This document shows positions 43,925 through 51,641 of a stretch of 64,000 nt of DNA, piece after piece. The translations under genes were made by a program, and so were the position numbers. Source of the DNA: a virus; IMG/VR virus record IMGVR_UViG_3300033149_006612, positions 1-64,000 of that record; one strand, 5' to 3'. The notes below the pieces were generated by a model, which was not told the origin of the DNA, made no database searches, and was given only the letters and a program-made list of their open reading frames with translations. Position 1 is the stretch's first letter. Each line of letters starts with the position of its first letter.

Positions 43925-45043
43925 ATGGACACCAGACAGAAAATTAAAAAGATATACACCACCCTTAACGATCAACTGGTAGAGAGGTCCGAAGTCCTAC
44001 AAGGGTCGATAATAGCGATCCTTGCTCGGAAACACCTCTTCATGATCGGGCCTCCGGGTACGGCCAAATCACTCGGAATCGAGAAGTTCTGCGAGTCAAT
44101 CTCCGGCATGACATACTTCGAGGAACTGATGACCCAGCAGACAAAGCCCGAGGACCTCTTCGGTCCGATCAAAGTCTCAGCGTATAGAGAAGATCGATAT
44201 GAGCGGAACGTCGAAGGATTCCTACCGACTGCCGACATCGCCTTTCTCGACGAGATCTTTAAGGCCGGTGGACCAAATCTTAATCCGCTGCTGAGGCTGA
44301 CGGATGAAACGCGCAAATTCCGGAACGGCAAACCCCAGATGGAGCGATGTCCGCTGAACAGCCTGTTTGCCGCCAGTAATGAATTCCCCGAGAACGCAGC
44401 CGAACTCAGCGCTCTTTGGGACCGGCTGCTACTCCGATATGTGGTGGACGACATCGTCGATGATTCCAACTTCGAAGCCATGATGGCCTTGGAGGAAATC
44501 AAAATCGAGCACACCATCACCAAGGAGGAGCTCCGGCAAGCCCAGGAGGAGGTCGACCGGGTAAAGATCACACCAGAAATCATCCATGTGCTGACCGAAC
44601 TCCGCTCGAAGCTCCGGAAGGAAGGATATATATTTTCTCCCCGGAGATGGCGGGAGTCAAAGCAGGTCCTCAGGGCTCATGCCTGGTTCCACGGCCGGGA
44701 CGAGGTCTCCGAGGATGATCTTGAAATCCTGGCCGCGGTCCTCTGGGACAGGCCCGAGCAACGGCGCGAGGTACTTCGCATCTTGATGTCCACCACCAAT
44801 CCCGACACTGCCACAGCCCTAGCGTTGTTCGACGACATCCAAGAGATCATTGATGACATCGAAAAGCAGCCGGACGAATCGGCCAAACTCGCTGCCAGTC
44901 AGGAGGCCGTAGTCAAACTCCGGGATATGATCCCGCTGTTTGACAACTTCCGGCCCCACGCTAAGATTTTTGAATTAAAAAATCAGGCCATAGAGATGCA
45001 ACGTGCCGTCGTCCGGAGGTATTTCGGAATTAACATTAACTGA
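43925..45043 (+). CDS. MoxR/RavA-family AAA+ ATPase
   Basis: GPPGTAKS, LFGP, FLDEIFKA, ASNE, ALWDR, SPRRW. Confidence 0.9.
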   Translation: MDTRQKIKKIYTTLNDQLVERSEVLQGSIIAILARKHLFMIGPPGTAKSLGIEKFCESISGMTYFEELMTQQTKPEDLFGPIKVSAYREDRYERNVEGFLPTADIAFLDEIFKAGGPNLNPLLRLTDETRKFRNGKPQMERCPLNSLFAASNEFPENAAELSALWDRLLLRYVVDDIVDDSNFEAMMALEEIKIEHTITKEELRQAQEEVDRVKITPEIIHVLTELRSKLRKEGYIFSPRRWRESKQVLRAHAWFHGRDEVSEDDLEILAAVLWDRPEQRREVLRILMSTTNPDTATALALFDDIQEIIDDIEKQPDESAKLAASQEAVVKLRDMIPLFDNFRPHAKIFELKNQAIEMQRAVVRRYFGININ

Positions 45044-45053
45044 GGAGGCAGTC

Positions 45054-46490
45054 ATGTTCGTAACCAATGTTGACGCATTCGACCGGAGGACATTCGAGGA
45101 CATCGCTCCCCGGTCCAGCAAGGTGGAGGACATCCGGTCCTCCGCCGAATATTCCGAATACGGAGACCTGCTAGAGGATCTCATGGTTGACGGCTTCGGC
45201 TCCCTGTACAAATACGCCCCCCGGGTTCTGGAAGACGTCCCACCGGAACGGATTCTCTCCAAGCGGGTCATTGAACAGTGGCAACAGTTACCGGAATGGC
45301 AGCAGTTCCGGAAGTTCACCGTAGGTGACGAGATCGTCAGTATGGGAGCCGTAGACGCCGTGTACCGGGTGTTCAAGGAGATGCCGGTCGAGGTTAAACG
45401 ACGCCAACGGGAACTCCAGGACTTCTCGGATCGGCTGACCGAAATGTTGAATTCCGACGATACTGATTTTGGTAGTGACGAATTCAAGGATGCGGTAACC
45501 GACATGGTCGAAGCCGGTAATAGGGTGGATCAAGCCCTGGATGCCGACGAGGACCGGATACGAAAATTGTGCCGGGTGGCACTTCGAGAGGCCGCGGATG
45601 AGGCAGAGATCGAGGGAAAGGCAATGCTGGCACTCGGTTTTGATGACTCTACCGGGGAACTTAACGGTTCCCACAAGGACGATCGAATCAAAATAGCCAG
45701 CATGCTGCAGAACAATCCCAAGCTTCGAGAAATCGTTAAACTCGCCGGTCGATTCTGCTATGTGGCGGATAAAAAGCAGCGGGAGAAATCCGAATACGCC
45801 CGGTCCCAGGTATCCGGTATTGAATTCGGAGACGACCTGCAGCGGGTAACCCCCTCCGATATGGCCCTCCTGTCCGATAAAGACTTAGAGGAATTGTTCT
45901 GGCTGAAGTACATCGAATCAGGACTCCAGCTCTACAAGATCACCGGCACCGAGACCCTAGGTAAAGGACCCGTCGTGATAATGGTCGACTGTTCCGGTAG
46001 TATGGCGGGTCAGAAGGATATATGGGCAAAAGCCATGGCCCTAGCGGGTTATTCCATAGCCCGGAAGCAAAACCGGGACTTCGCCTTTCTGTTATACAAC
46101 ACCGAGGTCAGGAAACAGATCTACCTTAAATCCGGCACCGGCAAACGGAACATGACCGGTCTGGCCGAGATTCTATCATCCGGCGTCGGCGGTGGTACCG
46201 ATTTCGAAGTTCCCATCACATACGCCATGCGGGAGGTCCTAACCAGGTCCGAATTTACCAAGGCCGACATCATCTTCATCTCGGACGGTTACTACATGAT
46301 CGGTGACGACTGGTTCCGGGATTATCAAACCCGAAAGGACGGTATGGAATTCGCGTTCTGGGGAATTCAAATCGGCCCCAGGCTGAGAGGTATGGACGCG
46401 TTGGATAGACTGAGCGACGACGTGGTTTACCTGGACGGTGACATCCTGGCCAATCAGGACCGGGCTTTTGACATGGCCTTTACCATCTAA
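45054..46490 (+). CDS. VWA-domain protein (ViaA-like partner)
   Basis: GPV...VDCSGSM MIDAS, GGGTDF, ISDG; GAGGAGG RBS before MFVTN. Confidence 0.88.
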   Translation: MFVTNVDAFDRRTFEDIAPRSSKVEDIRSSAEYSEYGDLLEDLMVDGFGSLYKYAPRVLEDVPPERILSKRVIEQWQQLPEWQQFRKFTVGDEIVSMGAVDAVYRVFKEMPVEVKRRQRELQDFSDRLTEMLNSDDTDFGSDEFKDAVTDMVEAGNRVDQALDADEDRIRKLCRVALREAADEAEIEGKAMLALGFDDSTGELNGSHKDDRIKIASMLQNNPKLREIVKLAGRFCYVADKKQREKSEYARSQVSGIEFGDDLQRVTPSDMALLSDKDLEELFWLKYIESGLQLYKITGTETLGKGPVVIMVDCSGSMAGQKDIWAKAMALAGYSIARKQNRDFAFLLYNTEVRKQIYLKSGTGKRNMTGLAEILSSGVGGGTDFEVPITYAMREVLTRSEFTKADIIFISDGYYMIGDDWFRDYQTRKDGMEFAFWGIQIGPRLRGMDALDRLSDDVVYLDGDILANQDRAFDMAFTI

Positions 46491-46582
46491 CCCGTCAATG
46501 AAAACAAATCTCAACCATGGAATCCGTTAATGAAGCCGGGGAAGGATGTCCCCGGCAAAGCCCATCATCGAGGAGAAAGACG

Positions 46583-47815
46583 ATGAAACAAAAAGAGGAA
46601 ATCAAGCGAACAATCGCAGAACAGGCGAACGGCCTCCCCATACTGGGCCACCTGGTCTGGTGGACCGTCCACAAGGTGGAAATCCCCAGACTGGACTTGG
46701 AAGACCTGCTCGCGAAGACCGTCGGCATTCAATACATGCCCACCGAGCACCGGAAGGCTAAAGCTCTCAAGAGGGGCTTAGAATCGATGAGGGAAGCTGG
46801 CCTGCTGGACCTCATCCGTGATGACAAGGTCATGACGGCTTATCAGATCACCGATAAGATGATCGACGTCAAGGAGGTCAAGGCCGACTACCGCCGCAAG
46901 GCCGCGGTCCAATTCGTGAAGCGGGGAGACGGGGTCCCGATGGGTGGGGAAATCCGGGTATACGGTGATGTGGACAGGAAGGAGGTCCAAGAACGGTTGG
47001 ACCACTACCTGCAGGTGTACACCGCCGATGACATCCGAATGATCCTCAAGGCATATGTCAGAGACAATGCCGGGATCAACCTGAATGAGAACGGCCTCCT
47101 CTACTTCGTCCCCGAGCCTGAGGTAGTTGACGTCATGAAGGTTTTCCTGGAAGCCGTCGGTGGTGACCTTGGGCTCTCCCCGGTTACCGACACCGAATAC
47201 GTCAAGACCAACATGGTCACTCGGATTCGTGATGAACTGGAGGCCGAAATCGAATCGGCCGCCGAGGAGGTCAAGAGGATGAGCAGCAGCAAGTTCACCA
47301 GAGGACTGACCTTCAAAGCCCGGTTAAAGGAATTCGCCGCTCTCAAGAACAGATGTGAGACGTACAGCGAGCTACTGAAGTTGGATGCCGAGACCATGAT
47401 TCAGAAGGTGTCCGAGCTCCAGGAATCGGTAGAGGATTCCCTAATGGGAATCCACGTGGATTACCCCCAGATGAAGGAGTTCCCCTATGGCACCCGGGTC
47501 AGATACACCGGCGACGCCCCTAAACTGCTCATCAACCTTAACGGCAGCACTACCGGAACGGTAATCGGGTATCTCAATTCCAAGACCGGGAAACAATACG
47601 TCAAAGTTCGGTTCGATACTAAAGATATCAAGGTCATCCGGCCGATTGCACCGGGCAACCTGGAGATCACCGAACGCGCCGTGGAAACCGATCTGACGGA
47701 GATGGATGAGGATCAATTGCTGGCCAGGTTCGAAGTCTCCCCCGGCTGGTACCAGATCCCCGGTCACACCAAAAAAGTCCGGAAGGCGGAAGCCGTTCAA
47801 TTACTGAAAGCGTAA
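46583..47815 (+). CDS. Conserved-looking phage hypothetical protein
   Basis: LGHLVWW, G..YFVP and a coiled-coil segment; AGGAG RBS before MKQKEE. Confidence 0.65.
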   Translation: MKQKEEIKRTIAEQANGLPILGHLVWWTVHKVEIPRLDLEDLLAKTVGIQYMPTEHRKAKALKRGLESMREAGLLDLIRDDKVMTAYQITDKMIDVKEVKADYRRKAAVQFVKRGDGVPMGGEIRVYGDVDRKEVQERLDHYLQVYTADDIRMILKAYVRDNAGINLNENGLLYFVPEPEVVDVMKVFLEAVGGDLGLSPVTDTEYVKTNMVTRIRDELEAEIESAAEEVKRMSSSKFTRGLTFKARLKEFAALKNRCETYSELLKLDAETMIQKVSELQESVEDSLMGIHVDYPQMKEFPYGTRVRYTGDAPKLLINLNGSTTGTVIGYLNSKTGKQYVKVRFDTKDIKVIRPIAPGNLEITERAVETDLTEMDEDQLLARFEVSPGWYQIPGHTKKVRKAEAVQLLKA

Positions 47816-47947
47816 AAGGGATGTGTTTCTTCCTGGTAATGCGGAGGAAGGTCGGTCGTCCAAGAGCGGCCGACCTTCCGAATTCGTGGGAGCACAACGA
47901 AGAATCAAGGCCGCCTTTCCCTCCCAAGAGAAATCAAGGAGATCGAA

Positions 47948-48049
47948 ATGGAAATCGTAATCGCTACGTTAATAGCAACTGCAGTGGTAATACCGATCTG
48001 GGCATCGGTAAGCAAGATCAGAGACATTATGGAGGACATTAAACGTTAA
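47948..48049 (+). CDS. Unannotated 33-aa single-TM peptide MEIVIATLIATAVVIPIWASVSKIRDIMEDIKR
   Basis: AAGGAG RBS at 47936-47941; hydrophobic helix plus charged tail; ends before a terminator. Confidence 0.6.
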   Translation: MEIVIATLIATAVVIPIWASVSKIRDIMEDIKR

Positions 48050-48055
48050 AAGAGA

Positions 48056-48083
48056 AAGAGGGGGGCGTCATGGCCCCCCTCTT
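48056..48083. terminator. Terminator hairpin between convergent operons
   Basis: AAGAGGGGGGC/GCCCCCCTCTT 11-bp stem; T-rich tail on the minus strand. Confidence 0.75.
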
Positions 48084-48084
48084 A

Positions 48085-48960
48085 CTAAAACAGCAGCTTT
48101 TTGATTAATCCCAAGTCCCAGCCGATCATGACGGCCACACCCGGTCCAAGCTTCCCGTCCCCCCCTAACACCATACCTCCACCGACCATGACGTCCGGCA
48201 CCACCCGCTCCCAGAATAGTTTCCTTTCATAGGATGAAATAAGCTCAGCCTGAACCCTGCTCTCAATCCGACCGGCCATAAACGCGTCTTCCCAACCCCG
48301 GCTGGAGCTCTTCCACCGATCCTTCAATTTGACCATGTCCTTGAAGCTTCGATCCTTCAAAATCATCTCACGGGTTTGATTCTCAACGATCAGGTTGAGA
48401 TCGGCTATCCTCCCCTGAAATAGACCGACCTGGTCACGGAGGTTGGTCGTTTCCTCCAACGAGAAGACGAAACCACGCATGGCCGGTTCATTCGCCCTAT
48501 AGACGTCGTCGGTCACAGAATAGTTAACTTCGGACCCGGCCTGCTGTGGATACAGTTGAACTACCAAGGTTTCAGCCGTCCGGGCGAGGTCGTCCGGCAT
48601 CATCTCCTCAACTTTTCCCACGGCATCTGCCAAGGCGGTCTGCAACCGGTTGACGTCCGTCTGTAGCCGTCGAATCCGGTCCAAGGCCCCCCTCCTTTCG
48701 GCCCGAAGACCGGCTATCACCTCCTCACGCGCAGCCAGATCAAGTATAAATCTCCTCTCGGCCTCCCCGGCTGCCCGCTTCTGCCGATCGGCCTCCTCTA
48801 CCGCCGATCGGACCGCCTCCCGCTGCGCCTTCAATCTATCTTTCAGATCTGCTATCTGTCTGTCGGTGAAATATCTGACGGAGAAATAAGTCCCGGCCAC
48901 GGCCAGGACCGCTCCCAGTATAAAGACCGACAGATAACCCCGAAATTGCTTGCTTACCAT
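48085..48960 (-). CDS. Spanin-like protein (N-terminal TM plus coiled coil)
   Basis: TM helix, long coiled coil and a beta-rich C-terminus; follows the endolysin. Confidence 0.5.
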   Translation of the reverse strand: MVSKQFRGYLSVFILGAVLAVAGTYFSVRYFTDRQIADLKDRLKAQREAVRSAVEEADRQKRAAGEAERRFILDLAAREEVIAGLRAERRGALDRIRRLQTDVNRLQTALADAVGKVEEMMPDDLARTAETLVVQLYPQQAGSEVNYSVTDDVYRANEPAMRGFVFSLEETTNLRDQVGLFQGRIADLNLIVENQTREMILKDRSFKDMVKLKDRWKSSSRGWEDAFMAGRIESRVQAELISSYERKLFWERVVPDVMVGGGMVLGGDGKLGPGVAVMIGWDLGLIKKLLF

Positions 48961-49619
48961 TTAACCGTCTTCCAAAGCTTAAAGATCTTATGGACGTAAT
49001 CCCGGTTTTCCCGGAACGCCTCCTCACCCCGGTTCGAGCACTCCTCCACACAGCCGAACCACATATCCCTTTCACAATGCCTCAGCCTGGGTTCATGACG
49101 TTTCCTCCCATCGAGCAACTGCTGATCCTTCCGAACCCAACCCAAACCCCCGTTGTAAGAGGAATAGACGAATGCCCAATGGTGATCTGTATCTGCCCCC
49201 ACGGTTCTCTCCCATAACCACCTGTCATAGAGGATAATCGCCCGGATGGACCAGACCGGATTGAACCTCGGATCCGGATCTTCGAATCCCTGAAGGGAGG
49301 GGAACAGTTCGATGATCCAGTCCCGGGTCTTCGGCATAAACTGACCCAGGCCCGCTGCGCCGATACGGTTCTCGGCATCCGACTTAAACCAGGATTCCTG
49401 TTGGATCTGAGGAGGAAATCTCGTGGTATCCACCTGCAAGCCCCAGTTGGTGTAGGCCTCGGCCTTAATGATCCGGGCATACTTCCAATAATCTCTCGGA
49501 GGCTCTTCCTTGGCCTCAGGTTGCCCTATGGCTATTATATTCGCCACCCATGCGCTCAAGGCCAAGGAGAGTACCATCCTGCGTCCGGATGATATGTGTG
49601 AGATCGTAGATGTGGCCAT
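48954..49619 (-). CDS. Endolysin, SLT-type lytic transglycosylase
   Basis: QIQQES, GAAGLGQFMP, YNGG, ENRDYV; hydrophobic N-terminus. Confidence 0.9.
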   Translation of the reverse strand: MATSTISHISSGRRMVLSLALSAWVANIIAIGQPEAKEEPPRDYWKYARIIKAEAYTNWGLQVDTTRFPPQIQQESWFKSDAENRIGAAGLGQFMPKTRDWIIELFPSLQGFEDPDPRFNPVWSIRAIILYDRWLWERTVGADTDHHWAFVYSSYNGGLGWVRKDQQLLDGRKRHEPRLRHCERDMWFGCVEECSNRGEEAFRENRDYVHKIFKLWKTVKW

Positions 49620-49707
49620 CTTGTACCGTCCAGGATTCTACCGATACGCCTTCTACCCACTCCGGATGTTTCAGCGTCGGGTTTTGCGTGTTTTATGGTC
49701 CTATGTG

Positions 49708-50031
49708 TTAAGGTCCACCGATATTGGCCATAACTCCGAGGATTAAAGCCCCATAGATAAACGCCCTCAGTACACATACCCCGGCAATGATGACCGCATC
49801 CGGAAGGCTGTTATCGTCCCGTTCAATCATCGCCTTGACGTCTATATACCCGAATGCTGATTTCCACAGTATGTGTGCCAGCACAAACGCCAACGTGCCG
49901 AGAAACAGCCTCCAGCCCCCGGCTAAAACCAGTCTGAAGTCGAAAAAGAAAATCGACGCAGCCAGGATCAGCCATACCGGCCAAAGCCTAATCAGTTCAC
50001 GCTTTACCCTGTCAAGTAACTCCTTCACCAT
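49708..50031 (-). CDS. Holin
   Basis: Three hydrophobic helices, AH..WK..F.YID pattern; start MVKELL after GGAG. Confidence 0.65.
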   Translation of the reverse strand: MVKELLDRVKRELIRLWPVWLILAASIFFFDFRLVLAGGWRLFLGTLAFVLAHILWKSAFGYIDVKAMIERDDNSLPDAVIIAGVCVLRAFIYGALILGVMANIGGP

Positions 50032-50032
50032 C

Positions 50033-50371
50033 CTACTCTCCTTTTTCATGTCGAATAATGATTTCAATCCGCTGGCAGGATGCTGGAACGCTGACCACCA
50101 CCTCTCGGCATCCGTCGTCCGGCGGTGACGGTTTTGATCCTTTAGGTTTTTTCGGCCGTTTTGGCTTCTTGGGTGGTTCCGGCATACCCAGAATCCCCCT
50201 GGCTTCGGCCATGGTACCTCCGAATTCATACCACTCCGGCTTAGCCACACCCCCGGTGCCGAGCCCGATCGGCATTCCTACTTTAAATTTAAACCGGTCA
50301 TCATCCTTCAGGATGTCACCGTTACCCTCATAGACGATGTCTCCGTCGGAGCATCTGATCTTATACTTCAT
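50033..50371 (-). CDS. Hypothetical protein
   Basis: AAGGAGG/GGAG RBS; Pro/Lys-rich linker. Confidence 0.55.
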   Translation of the reverse strand: MKYKIRCSDGDIVYEGNGDILKDDDRFKFKVGMPIGLGTGGVAKPEWYEFGGTMAEARGILGMPEPPKKPKRPKKPKGSKPSPPDDGCREVVVSVPASCQRIEIIIRHEKGE

Positions 50372-50422
50372 CTCCTTCTACCTCCTTGAGGCCTATTCGA
50401 CCACAACATATAAAAGTTCAAA

Positions 50423-51634
50423 TCAGTCACCCCCCGTTACAATCGGTGTGGGTGGCGTTTTCCGTACCATGTTCTCAATCATAAACGCCATGCGACGTCT
50501 TCTGACTTCTTCGATGGGTGCTTCCTCATCCGGCGTATCGATGAACGGTTCCTCATCCCCCTGCAGCAACAGTACCGTCGTACCGCCGGAGCCGGGGCAC
50601 GGACCCGCTTCATTCGTTATTCCACACCTTACCGACACCGACGTCGACGGTGTAAAATTACCTGTAATGCCACCGTCTCCGCCGTTTATAATGTGGACTT
50701 CGTCAACCTCTCCGATGAGAAAATTCCCCGGATCGTCAGCATCCTCGGCCCCCACCAGTACAGCGTTTGCACCCGTGTTGTTCGTCGTCCCTGCAAAGGT
50801 TCCGCTGTCCTCCGCTATACCGTCGATGTATAGCGTTACCGTATTATCGCCGGTCCGCACAACCGCGACATGGTGCCATTCACCGTCTGCTATGTTCGTC
50901 GTCCCTGTAAGTTCAAACGCTGTCGTCGTTCCATCCGTCGAGGCTCTAAATACGGCCACGCCGTCTTCAATCACCAGTTCCCAGCCGAGATCGCCTGCCG
51001 TCCAATTCGTAATCAGTGCTCCGTCACCTTCGGTCTTACACCACAGCATGATCACAAAATCGCCGTCAAACTGAAAATCGGTTGACGGCGACGGCGTTAC
51101 CTCTATATAGCTGGCACCGTCGAACACAATCGAACCGTCACCCGTCTTCGGCGTCGACGTGTTCTGGCTGACGGAGCCTGCCGAAGTATCGATCTCTTCC
51201 GGGGTAAACGAATCCGACGTATACCTCGCCGTTCCGTTTATGATCCGTGCCTGCGTTATCCATCCATCGATACCATAGTCACCACCGGCACCGTCGAGAT
51301 GGAACAGTCGAAGTAGCCCTGAGTAATCCCCGATAGACTGCGCACTTACTACCTCCGCTACTTTGTTCCCATCTATGTACATCCGCCATGTATTCACGGA
51401 TCTGGTCACCGCGAAGTGATACCATGTGTCCAGCGATACACCGGCTGACGTTTTACTTATTATCGACACCCCATCAACATAAAAATGCCACGCATCAGCC
51501 GAACTGTCATACATGCACCCCCACCAGTTGCCGGAGTCCTGCCGCTGGGTCCAGAAATAATTCTCATCATTACCGTTCCAGGCATTGAACCTCACGTAAC
51601 ATTCAATCGTGAAATCGCCGGATCCTCCGCCCAA
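50423..51634 (-). CDS. LamG/concanavalin-like tail protein, probably the out-of-frame continuation of the upstream gene
   Basis: GDFTIEC, WYHFAVTR, WHHVAVVR, YIDG; frame is open up to 51688. Confidence 0.75.
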   Translation of the reverse strand: MGGGSGDFTIECYVRFNAWNGNDENYFWTQRQDSGNWWGCMYDSSADAWHFYVDGVSIISKTSAGVSLDTWYHFAVTRSVNTWRMYIDGNKVAEVVSAQSIGDYSGLLRLFHLDGAGGDYGIDGWITQARIINGTARYTSDSFTPEEIDTSAGSVSQNTSTPKTGDGSIVFDGASYIEVTPSPSTDFQFDGDFVIMLWCKTEGDGALITNWTAGDLGWELVIEDGVAVFRASTDGTTTAFELTGTTNIADGEWHHVAVVRTGDNTVTLYIDGIAEDSGTFAGTTNNTGANAVLVGAEDADDPGNFLIGEVDEVHIINGGDGGITGNFTPSTSVSVRCGITNEAGPCPGSGGTTVLLLQGDEEPFIDTPDEEAPIEEVRRRRMAFMIENMVRKTPPTPIVTGGD

Positions 51635-51641
51635 CTGCCAG

